From assembly GCA_052168235.1 (NCBI GenBank), contig JBQLZK010000076.1, forward strand, positions 1 through 28,598: a stretch of 28,598 bases of DNA. Reading direction: 5' to 3'. The notes under the pieces were generated by a model. The model did no database searches and was not told the DNA's origin. It worked only from the letters and a program-made list of their open reading frames with translations. The stretch comes from Thainema sp. GTDB taxonomy: Bacteria; Cyanobacteriota; Cyanobacteriia; Phormidesmidales; Phormidesmidaceae. Within the stretch, counting starts at the first letter, position 1. Each line of letters begins with the position of its first letter. The position numbers and the translations under genes are program-made. This document shows positions 8,451 through 16,982 of this stretch, piece after piece.

Positions 8451-8760
8451 AACTGGATATCCTTTTGGCTAATGATTTGCAATCAATGGCTTAATAACAG
8501 CCGAGTTCGTACAATTTGACGACTCATTGTACTGATAAGTTTGCGATCGCGATCAATCTTACAGAAAAAGAAATAAATGCTGCTTCTTGAAAACCAATGC
8601 TGGAGCAAGATCAAACTTGATCTCCAATGTGGTTCGAGAAACAGCATCACGGCAGTCCCAAATGAGAGGCTAGACAATGATTTGTCTACGCATATAGTAC
8701 AATTGAACTGTAAAAATGTCTACCCCCAATTCGACTTGCTCATTTATTTGCCTACATATG

Positions 8761-8823
8761 AAAGCCCGTTTATTGTTGCAAAAGCTGCTGTAACAGCAGC
8801 TTTTGCAACAATAAACGGGCTTT
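8761..8823. repeat. Perfect inverted repeat with 30-bp arms downstream of the peroxiredoxin gene; probable terminator
   Basis: AAAGCCCGTTTATTGTTGCAAAAGCTGCTG-TAA-CAGCAGCTTTTGCAACAATAAACGGGCTTT. Confidence 0.85.
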
Positions 8824-8878
8824 TGTCAACCACGATGTGGCGCGATCTGATCGACTGCTTGCCAACAGCGGTTATCTT

Positions 8879-9481
8879 CTAAGCAGTTGCAAAAAACTCT
8901 TTTGACTTAATTGGATCAGGTGTCATGGTCTTTTCGCCTGGTTGCCAACCGGCTGGGCAGACTTCGTCTGGATATTTCTGAACGTGCTGAATCGCGTGGA
9001 GTACTCGCAACGTTTCATCAACATTCCGTCCAAATGAAAGATTGTTAATGGTTGCGTGCTGAACAACCCCTTCCTTATCGATGATGAACAGACCTCGCAA
9101 CGCAACCCCAGCATCCGGATCGAGGACGTTATAAGCCGTGCTAATTTCCTTTTTGATATCTGACACCAGAGGATAGTTAAGGTCGCCAACGCCTCCCATT
9201 TTGCGATCGGTTTGAATCCAGGCCAAGTGCGAGAACTCACTATCAACCGATACACCCAGCACTTCCGTACCCAGTTCTTTGAATTCAGAATAGCGATCGC
9301 TAAATGCTGCAATTTCAGTTGGACAAACAAACGTAAAGTCGAGCGGATAGAAAAATAGAACGACGTATTTACCTCTGTAATCGGAAAGTTTGATTGTCTT
9401 AAATTCTTGATCAACGACGGCTGTTGCAGTGAAGTCAGGAGCCTCCTGGCCAACACGGAGGCAGTTCTCAGAATAATTCAT
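8879..9481 (-). CDS. ahpC: Typical 2-Cys peroxiredoxin (AhpC/Prx1 class)
   Basis: [15 protein letters not shown] (peroxidatic Cys), GGVG and EVCPAGW (resolving Cys). Start moved to the ATG at 9481, which follows an AGGGAG Shine-Dalgarno sequence. Confidence 0.93.
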   Translation of the reverse strand: MNYSENCLRVGQEAPDFTATAVVDQEFKTIKLSDYRGKYVVLFFYPLDFTFVCPTEIAAFSDRYSEFKELGTEVLGVSVDSEFSHLAWIQTDRKMGGVGDLNYPLVSDIKKEISTAYNVLDPDAGVALRGLFIIDKEGVVQHATINNLSFGRNVDETLRVLHAIQHVQKYPDEVCPAGWQPGEKTMTPDPIKSKEFFATA

Positions 9482-9707
9482 ACAATTTCTCCCTAACAAT
9501 CCAGTCGTCTAACCTTTGATTGGATTTAGTACACAAAAAATTGGTGATTCGCTAGCTTTCAACTGGCCGCGCAGTATTACAACCATATCATAATCGTCAT
9601 AGGGGTAAGTATTTTTACTCTCCTCCTCGATGAATCTGCATAATTTTTGTTAGATATTTTGTTAGATAAAATTTTTTCTATGGTGAGAGTCCAGAATTAA
9701 AAACTGT

Positions 9708-9739
9708 AAGAGCCGTGAGTTTATTTACCCACGGCTTTT
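9708..9739 (-). terminator. Hairpin just downstream of tRNA-Met
   Basis: AGAGCCGTG...CACGGCTTT stem about 15 nt past the tRNA 3' end. Confidence 0.5.
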
Positions 9740-9754
9740 GCAATTTTATAAAAA

Positions 9755-9828
9755 TGGCTCAGGCGTGATTTGAACACGCGACACGAGGCTTATGAGTCCC
9801 CTGCTCTAACCAACTGAGCTACTGAGCC
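9755..9828 (-). tRNA. trnM: tRNA-Met(CAT), elongator type; CCA not encoded
   Basis: GGCTCAG TA GCTC AGTTGGTTA GAGC A GGGGA CTCATAA GCCTC GTGTC GCGTG TTCAAAT CACGC CTGAGCC A folds as a cloverleaf. The G1-C72 pair argues against an initiator tRNA. Confidence 0.92.
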
Positions 9829-10033
9829 TTGCTTTGTTGCGGTTGCTTCGCAAACCTCAACAGTTTTTAATTGTATCACTAAACGGGACAATGGCAACCC
9901 AAAAATATTCTTTACTGAAGAGTGGGATCGGCAATTAAAACAAGGGTAGTCCGCATTTAAGCTGACCAAGCCTAGGTGATCTGGAACAAGTTGCTGAAGG
10001 ATAGCTGCTTGTTCCAGATCACAGTCAAAGCAC

Positions 10034-12331
10034 TTAGCGGCTTGGCAAAAAGGCCATTGGATTAGTTGCGCCTTGATTGGGAGGATGAATCTCGAAGTGA
10101 ACATGCGGACCAGTGCTATAACCCGTACTGCCCATTTCCGCAATCTGCTCACCTTGACGAACCCGCTGCCCAACGCTGACCAACAAACGACTGTTGTGGG
10201 CATAGCGAGTCATGGAGCCATCTGGATGACGGATATCGACGAGATTACCGTATCCACCAGAGTTCCAACCTGAACGCTCGACTACGCCGGAAGCAGAGGC
10301 ATAAATTGGGGTTCCAACTGGTGCGGCAACGTCGATTCCCTTATGCATCCGACCCCAGCGCCAGCCATAGCCTGATGTGAGGACACCTTGAGCCGGCCAA
10401 ATGTATCCATTCGAAATTGCTTCAGGGAGATACTCTTCAGAATTAGGCAAACCTGGTAACTCAGGTGAAACCATTTGCCCTGACACTGGCTGCGCTAAAG
10501 GCGCATAGCTTTCAGAACCAACAGGAGCCGCTGCAACGAGCTGAGAATCGGCATTGTTGCGCTCTTCCGCAACTGCTTCTTGCTCTGAATCCCGATTTTC
10601 GGATTGATTCTGGCGCTCAAATTCAGGATTGATTGGTTCTTGCTCTAATGCGTCTGCCGATTGAGCCGGTGCAATCGCCGCAACCTGCTGAACACCGTCT
10701 TCCGGCTGAACATCTTCTTGCGCAACGGATGAGGCTGCTTGTTCAGCTTTTTGCGATCGCATTTCCCGAATTTCTTCTAGCAATCGAGCCGCGTAAGGAC
10801 TAATATTGCGATCCGATTCTGAGCTGTAAGAATTTGCACTGGACTCGGATGATTGCTGACGAATCGCCGCAATCTCCTGGCTCATAGAGGAATCAGCCCG
10901 AGAGTCTAGTAATGATCTTGATTGATCTGTGGACGACTCTATTGCAGCGTCAGATTGTGAACGGCGCTCCAATAAGTTCACAACGTCACGGTTGGCCGCA
11001 ACTGTCACTGGAGTTTCTGTCTCTTTGAGGTTAATGGAGGATTCCTCGGAATTGTCAGCATTACTGGGAATCACCAAAGTCGCACCAGCCCAAATAACAT
11101 TGGGATTACTAATATTGTTCGCACTGATCAATTGCTCGCGTGTTACTCCATATTGGCGAGCAATTCGATTCAGCGTATCCCCAGGCTGGATTTGGTAGCT
11201 TCTTTGATCGACAGGTTGAACCGCTGTGTTTTGCACTTGGGATTCTGCGGCAGTATCTGCATTGGTTGCCACATGAACAGATTCAGTTGCCACGACAGCA
11301 CTGGCATCAGTCGAGATGCTTAATAGCGGCTGATCAACCTGAATCTGCGGCAAAACAGACGGTAGCTCATCCGCATCGGCTGAGTTTTGAATGGATCTGA
11401 AGTTGACTGGAACCTCAGCAATGGTTGCCGTCGTCTCTGTAGAAGGTGTGGCCACGCTGTCTGAAGCAGCTGCTTGTACTGAGCCGATCTCTGCAGTATT
11501 GCTAATGTTCAGATTGTTGTTAGCGGCAAGCTCATCAGTGGATATATCAGCAGATGTGCCAGGTTCTGGCATTGCAGCTACGGTAACCGCTGTGCTGGTT
11601 TCCACTTCGGGCTGAATTACATCTGCATCCAAGCTATCAATCGCTAATGATTCTGGCTTGGATGAAGAATCATCTAGGTTGGCTTCTACGCTAGTTTCTG
11701 TCTGCTCTCTTGCCAAAGCCGCACTCAATTCATCTGAACTTTGGCGGAGACGAACAAGTGACTCATCCTGAGCAACCTTTAAGCTCTCATCAGCTTGCTC
11801 GTAGCGATTCAGGCTAGAGCTGATATTTGTCTGCTCAGGAATCAGCTTTTCTACAGCTTTACCTACACTGTCCTGCTGTGGTTTTGCCGGTGAAGTAGTC
11901 ACCTGGACGGCGACTTCAGCTTCAGTTTTCGCCGGAACTTGCAAAGCGGTGCCAACTGGAAGTAGCGCATCCGGTGATAAACCGTTGATTGCGGCTAACG
12001 CGCTGACATCAACCTGATGCTCCTGAGCGATTTGCCATAGCGTTTGCCCCTCTCGAACAATGTGGCGAGTCGAGGAAACTGCCTGCGGCATCGGATTGGC
12101 AGAAAATGCAGGCTCGGCTGTCATCGGCTCAGATGCGATGGCCTCGCTGTCCCGATGGAATATGACACCAGATGCCCCCATCGATAAAGCAAGACCCAGC
12201 ATGGCGGCAGAAGTGCGCGCCTTACGATTGCCTCCAGACAACTCTTGCTTCTGTGATCTGGCTGAAACCAAACCAGCTTCAAAGTTGTGAGAGGAGGCAA
12301 CCTTAGCCTCCTGCAGAAATACTCGTTTCAA
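10034..12331 (-). CDS. nlpD: LysM-domain M23 peptidase (cyanobacterial NlpD-like)
   Basis: Two LysM domains (HIVREGQTLWQIA; YQIQPGDTLNRIA) and a C-terminal M23 domain (WGRMHKGID, STGPHVHFE). TTG start with AGGAGG upstream. Confidence 0.88.
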   Translation of the reverse strand: MKRVFLQEAKVASSHNFEAGLVSARSQKQELSGGNRKARTSAAMLGLALSMGASGVIFHRDSEAIASEPMTAEPAFSANPMPQAVSSTRHIVREGQTLWQIAQEHQVDVSALAAINGLSPDALLPVGTALQVPAKTEAEVAVQVTTSPAKPQQDSVGKAVEKLIPEQTNISSSLNRYEQADESLKVAQDESLVRLRQSSDELSAALAREQTETSVEANLDDSSSKPESLAIDSLDADVIQPEVETSTAVTVAAMPEPGTSADISTDELAANNNLNISNTAEIGSVQAAASDSVATPSTETTATIAEVPVNFRSIQNSADADELPSVLPQIQVDQPLLSISTDASAVVATESVHVATNADTAAESQVQNTAVQPVDQRSYQIQPGDTLNRIARQYGVTREQLISANNISNPNVIWAGATLVIPSNADNSEESSINLKETETPVTVAANRDVVNLLERRSQSDAAIESSTDQSRSLLDSRADSSMSQEIAAIRQQSSESSANSYSSESDRNISPYAARLLEEIREMRSQKAEQAASSVAQEDVQPEDGVQQVAAIAPAQSADALEQEPINPEFERQNQSENRDSEQEAVAEERNNADSQLVAAAPVGSESYAPLAQPVSGQMVSPELPGLPNSEEYLPEAISNGYIWPAQGVLTSGYGWRWGRMHKGIDVAAPVGTPIYASASGVVERSGWNSGGYGNLVDIRHPDGSMTRYAHNSRLLVSVGQRVRQGEQIAEMGSTGYSTGPHVHFEIHPPNQGATNPMAFLPSR

Positions 12332-12464
12332 GGAACGACCTCCTAATGACCAGCGTTCAACTGCTGTGTATGAATCAACCGATTCGAAACCAGTTCACTG
12401 AACAGCTTGCGATAGCAATCTTGACTATCAGCAGCGGTGTTACGACAGAATTTCTGCCTAGGTA

Positions 12465-12493
12465 ACATTACTCCGCTTTTTTTATTTAGACAA
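12465..12493 (-). promoter_or_regulatory. Possible sigma70-type promoter for the LysM/M23 gene
   Basis: TTGTCT-17 nt-TAATGT on the minus strand. Confidence 0.3.
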
Positions 12494-13429
12494 GATTACA
12501 CTACTTAACAAAAAATTCAAGCACCCAACTATTAAACTCGACACATTAGCATGGCGGCAAAGCATTTGATTGCCTTATGACAGCAATGACATTTACTCGA
12601 TGAGCCTTTGCTATTGCCCTAGGTATTCTACCCAGGAACTACCTTGATGCATCCATGAAAAGGATTTCTACCTGCTATCACACAACCTTGTCAAGATTAA
12701 CTACCAAATTTTGAAAGGAAATTTGCTGGATAATGACCCTGATCTTGAATCTTGTGATTCTTTGCTAGTGGTTGTTTGAGCAGTTCAGCAGGTCAATTAA
12801 TGCACCAATCGAAAATCTAAGCTGATTCTTCTTTTTATGCATTCGTATACTTGCGGATCTTAAACTGCGATCGCATTACTGAGCAGTGAATGTTAGTCCA
12901 CGAAACGTAGATGATCGCTAGTAATCAGCAGTATTTTGGATAGAGAAAATTGGATCGTTGAGATCGTGACCAATCACGGCTAAAAAGCAGGGGTAGAATT
13001 GCACTTAATATATAAATTTCTTATTGAAATCAAGCTGCTATCGGGGGCTTTTCGTGCAGTGCAGGCGGATTTTAGCCCGCCGTGGAGGCTGCAATCCGCT
13101 TTCTGAAAAGCAGAGCTTATACATCTGATTAAATTTATTTCGATTTTGCCCTAATCAACGGACATAAGTGCTGTTGATCACCAACTTGATGGAAAATGAC
13201 GGGCTGCATTGATAAGGATTCTTTAGAGCACCAAAGTAGAATCAAAATAAAGTGGTCAGTTGGGCCCTGGTTGTAGTTTGTCATCCCATATCAATGCTTT
13301 TATCAATGCTTCCAGAGCTGCTTGCAACGCTAAATATTTTTAGTGCTCTACTTGTGCTCTGCATTGATCTGTAGCTGTGATCTGTAGCTGCATTGAAGTT
13401 TCGAACCCCGTTGAACCCGAACCGTAATA

Positions 13430-13475
13430 AAAAGAATGCGGGGGAGGTGACGAATTACCTTCCCCGCATTCTTTT
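13430..13475. terminator. Intrinsic terminator downstream of ndhR
   Basis: AAAAGAATGCGGGGGAGGT...ACCTTCCCCGCATTCTTTT stem with A/T tails on both sides. Confidence 0.75.
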
Positions 13476-13538
13476 GTATTTTGTATTTTTTGCTGTAACT
13501 GAGTCGCCGTACTAACTGCAGCAGCCAATTGATCGGAG

Positions 13539-14474
13539 TTACGAAATCTTTGCTAACTGTGCAGGTGTAATCTCGTTGGCAATTGTCTTGCTCTCCTTCA
13601 GCAGGTAATCGAGAAATGTTTCAGCCACGATTGAGAGCTGCTTGCCCGCTAAGTGAGCCACATACCACTGGCGCTGAATCGGAAAATGATCGACGTCAAG
13701 AATAGTCAGCTCGCCACCAATACCCTCTGAAATCAGCGTGTGGCGAGATAAAACTGAGATGCCTAGCCCACCTGCGATCGCTTGCTTAATTGCTTCATTA
13801 CTGCCCAGTTCTAGACGAACTTTGACTTCAATATTATATTTTTCAAATAGCTGCTGAACCGCTTTTCGCGTACCAGAACCCGGTTCACGCATAATAAAAG
13901 CCTCTCCATCTAGCTTTTCAATCGGGATATTGGTCGATTCAGCTAAAGGATGGTTTTTGCGAGCCAGCACAACCAACGGATTTTCTAGAAATGGATGGCT
14001 GTCTAGATCTAAATGTTCAGGTGGCTGACTGACGATGTATAAATCATCTTCATTATTTGCCATGCGCTCTTGGATGACTTCATGATTAGTCACTTGCAGC
14101 GCCACGTCAATGCCCGGATAGCGTTCGCAAAAGGGGCCAAGCAAACGAGGAACAAAATATTTTGCCGTTGTGATGACAGCCAAGCTTAGTCGCCCCTGTT
14201 TCATACCCTTGAGATTTGCCACCGACATGTCGAATTGCTCTAGCCGTGAAAAAATCTCTTGAGATGTTTCTAGCAGTGCTTGGCCTGCTTCCGTTAAATA
14301 TAGCCGCTTGCCAATTTGCTCAAATAGAGGTAAACCGATCGCCTTTGTCAATTGTTTGACTTGAATTGACACAGTTGGTTGCGTTAGGTAAAGCTCTTCC
14401 GCCGCTCTTGTAAAGCTGCCGTGGCGAGCAGTGGCTTCAAAGACTCGCAGTTGATGTAGGGTCGCGTGAATCAA
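13539..14474 (-). CDS. ndhR: LysR-type CO2-concentrating-mechanism regulator NdhR/CcmR (CbbR subfamily)
   Basis: HATLHQLRVFEATARHGSFTRAAEEL, ITTAKYF, RMANNEDDLYIVS and WYVAHLAGKQLS closely resemble Synechocystis NdhR as I recall it. The paralogue CmpR is less likely. TTG start. Confidence 0.82.
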   Translation of the reverse strand: MIHATLHQLRVFEATARHGSFTRAAEELYLTQPTVSIQVKQLTKAIGLPLFEQIGKRLYLTEAGQALLETSQEIFSRLEQFDMSVANLKGMKQGRLSLAVITTAKYFVPRLLGPFCERYPGIDVALQVTNHEVIQERMANNEDDLYIVSQPPEHLDLDSHPFLENPLVVLARKNHPLAESTNIPIEKLDGEAFIMREPGSGTRKAVQQLFEKYNIEVKVRLELGSNEAIKQAIAGGLGISVLSRHTLISEGIGGELTILDVDHFPIQRQWYVAHLAGKQLSIVAETFLDYLLKESKTIANEITPAQLAKIS

Positions 14475-14508
14475 AATCGACTTACCTCAATGCAATGTAC
14501 AGCATTCG

Positions 14509-14524
14509 ATAGACTCTATTCTAT
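14509..14524. promoter_or_regulatory. NdhR operator ATAG-N8-CTAT (autoregulation)
   Basis: ATAG-ACTCTATT-CTAT, 35 nt upstream of the ndhR start; exact match to the reported NdhR motif. Confidence 0.75.
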
Positions 14525-14916
14525 CAATTAAAACAACTCTGTTGTTGTTTTATCGTCAAGAACCCACTACATAGATTCAAATCAGACCTATTACTAAAGC
14601 TAATACAATCATCGGGTCGCTGTTGATGGCAGTCGCTATGTTGGTTGGGATAAGGGCGTTTCAAGGGTGTTTCGCCCAAATGGCACTGCAAGAAAAACGC
14701 TCTAAACCTAGATGACTGGTGATATTCCCACAGGTCAGAACTATAAACCTAGTAGTCTATAGATTATCCCGACCTTGAGCGCGCAGCATTGTTAAATTCT
14801 GATGAGAAAATTTTGTCTCGCTCAAATTTGCAGCTGTAGTCAGCCCCGTTAGGACATATCGTTTCTGTGCAGCGAAGACAGGCTTGAGAACTACTAATCG
14901 TATGGGCCAGTACAAT

Positions 14917-15004
14917 AGACTTTATTGGAAATAAAGTTTTTGGGGTTGGAAATTGTTTTGTGGCGCGGCGAAGCCGCGCCACAAAACAATTTCCGATAAA
15001 GTCT
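14917..15004. mobile_element. 88-bp MITE-like element
   Basis: 16-bp terminal inverted repeats AGACTTTATTGGAAAT / ATTTCCGATAAAGTCT (one mismatch), AAT direct repeat on both flanks (14914-14916, 15005-15007), and an internal perfect hairpin at 14948-14994. Confidence 0.65.
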
Positions 15005-15033
15005 AATACAGTTTCAGTTTCATTAAATCTAGA

Positions 15034-15070
15034 AAGCCCCAAAACCAGCGATTTCCCGGTTTTGGGGCTT
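15034..15070 (-). terminator. Terminator downstream of moeB
   Basis: AAGCCCCAAAACC / GGTTTTGGGGCTT 13-bp stem. Confidence 0.65.
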
Positions 15071-15112
15071 CATCATTCCTTTTTAACAAAGAAGCATCCT
15101 GGTTGGAATACC

Positions 15113-16285
15113 TTAGTATTCTGGAACGGATGCATCAACCTCACGGCTCCAGGCCGTAATACCACCTTTGACGTTGGTTCCTTCAATGCCGGACTGCTTG
15201 AGAATACCCAACGCTTTAGCGGAGCGACCACCCATCTTACAGTGGGCAATTAGGCGATGACCGTTGAGTAGCTCTTTGACCTTGTCAACCCCAGAACCAT
15301 TTTCAATATCCGGCAACGGAATTAAAACAGAACCTGGAATTTTAGCAATTTCATATTCGTTGGGATTCCGAACATCCAACAGTACAAAATTATTCGCACC
15401 ACTATCCAATAATTCTTTCAGTTCCGTTACGGACATTTCAGGAATAGTGGCTTGCTCTTTCTCCTCAGCGGCTTTGGCTTGAGGAATGCCACAAAACTGC
15501 TCATAGTCAATCAGTTTTTCGATGACTGGGCGTTCTGGATTGGGACGCAGCTTCAATTCCCGGAAAGTCATGTCGAGAGAGTTGTAGAGCAGCAGACGGC
15601 CATTTAGGGTAGTGCCTTTACCAAGAATAATCTTGATGGTTTCAGTGGCCTGAATAACACCAATCACCCCAGGCAGGATGCCTAAGACTCCACCCTCAGC
15701 ACAGGACGGAACGAGCCCCGGCGGTGGCGGTTCGGGATAGAGATCGCGATAGTTTGGCCCACCTTCATAGTTGAAGACAGTGGCCTGTCCCTCGAAGCGG
15801 AAGATAGAGCCGTAAACATTGGGCTTGTTGAGCAGGACGCAGGCGTCGTTGACCAAATAGCGGGTTGGGAAGTTGTCTGTACCGTCTACAACAATGTCGT
15901 AGGGTTCAACGATATTAAGAGCATTTTCTGAGCTGAGCCGCGTTTCATATAGATCAACCTGGCAGTAGGGATTAATTTCCAGGATGCGATCTTTGGCGGA
16001 AACAATTTTGGGCTTACCAACCCAGGACGTACCGTGAATGACTTGGCGCTGCAGGTTGGAATGGTCAACAACGTCGAAATCGACGATACCAATCCGACCG
16101 ATGCCAGCCGCCGCCAGATACAGCAGGAGGGGGGAACCTAATCCACCCGTGCCAATACAGAGCACGCTGGCGGCTTTGAGGCGCTTTTGGCCCTCCAAGC
16201 CGACTTCGGGCAAGATTAGGTGGCGCGAGTAGCGCTCGTATTCTTGTTTATTGAGTTGGATTTCATCCAGGTTGGGATTGAGCAT
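15113..16285 (-). CDS. moeB: MoeB/MoeZ adenylyltransferase-rhodanese fusion
   Basis: RYSRHL, GTGGLG, SNLQRQ, DGTDNFPTRY, PSCAEGGVLG and a C-terminal rhodanese domain with HCKMGGRS. Confidence 0.93.
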   Translation of the reverse strand: MLNPNLDEIQLNKQEYERYSRHLILPEVGLEGQKRLKAASVLCIGTGGLGSPLLLYLAAAGIGRIGIVDFDVVDHSNLQRQVIHGTSWVGKPKIVSAKDRILEINPYCQVDLYETRLSSENALNIVEPYDIVVDGTDNFPTRYLVNDACVLLNKPNVYGSIFRFEGQATVFNYEGGPNYRDLYPEPPPPGLVPSCAEGGVLGILPGVIGVIQATETIKIILGKGTTLNGRLLLYNSLDMTFRELKLRPNPERPVIEKLIDYEQFCGIPQAKAAEEKEQATIPEMSVTELKELLDSGANNFVLLDVRNPNEYEIAKIPGSVLIPLPDIENGSGVDKVKELLNGHRLIAHCKMGGRSAKALGILKQSGIEGTNVKGGITAWSREVDASVPEY

Positions 16286-16369
16286 AAGAATCTTCGCGAG
16301 GGCGAGACGCTGAATCGATGGGCACGAAAGGTTGATTGATCGATTGATGGCTCAAGTTAGAGAGCGAGC

Positions 16370-16879
16370 CTAAAACTGTTCTCGAACCTGAAACTCTAGG
16401 GTTATGATCTCCTCAGCTTGAAACTGATGCTGATCGTCAAGAGTCCAGCTTTGATAGTCTTGAGCTTTACCCTGCTGAACAGAAACAATCAGATAAGAAT
16501 ATTGCGGCCAAGCAAATGTGCGATCGCACTCTGATGGCACCGCAACATGATCAGGGTGAGAATGATAGATCCCAATTATATCGAGCTTGTGCGCTCGTGC
16601 ATATTTCTGTGCAGCGAGAAGTTCCTGGGGATCAATCCAAAATCGCCGTTCTTTTCCAAAATTAGAGGTTGCAGCAGAACTCACTTCAACCTCGTGACGC
16701 TCCATAACATCGGCTGTCCAGGTATTTTGAGTTGGCCAAATTTCAACCACTCGACGTGTCTCAGGCTGGCTACTGTGATCGAGAAGGCCGATCATTAATC
16801 CGCAACATTCTTCTGGGTAGAGCTGTTCGGCCTGAGCCGAAATCTGCTCTTGGTGTTGAGTCTGAAGTTGAAGAACCAC
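16370..16879 (-). CDS. mec: JAB/MPN (M67, Mec-like) metallopeptidase
   Basis: YPEECCG and IYHSHPDHVAVPSECD JAMM motif; co-oriented and directly upstream of moeB. Confidence 0.88.
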   Translation of the reverse strand: MVLQLQTQHQEQISAQAEQLYPEECCGLMIGLLDHSSQPETRRVVEIWPTQNTWTADVMERHEVEVSSAATSNFGKERRFWIDPQELLAAQKYARAHKLDIIGIYHSHPDHVAVPSECDRTFAWPQYSYLIVSVQQGKAQDYQSWTLDDQHQFQAEEIITLEFQVREQF

Positions 16880-16982
16880 TGCTGGATATTTCGTACGACA
16901 TGGGGCAGGCTTTCATTCTAGTCTGCCTGCTAAACGCTAAAGATGTAGCATTTAAGTATCAACAGACGCCTACGCTTAAACT

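Noticed and set aside
8483..8882. ORFs 8577..8882 (+) and 8483..8677 (-)
   Set aside because: No recognisable motifs; the longer one runs through the 63-bp palindrome. Probably spurious.
9755..9828. tRNA as an integration site, or as a defective tRNA (A31-G39 mismatch)
   Set aside because: No integrase or duplicated 3' end is present and the flanks are core genes. As I recall, this mismatch occurs in other cyanobacterial elongator tRNA-Met genes.
14764..15253. ORFs 14764..15042 (-) and 14960..15253 (+)
   Set aside because: They run through the MITE-like element, the terminator and antisense moeB, and show no transposase features.
15113..16879. E1-like plus JAB pair as a CBASS/Bil-type ubiquitin-like defence module
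   Set aside because: The E1 is a standard MoeZ with a rhodanese domain and the JAB is Mec-like. There is no E2, ubiquitin-like protein or CD-NTase nearby, and the pair is a common sulfur-carrier housekeeping module.
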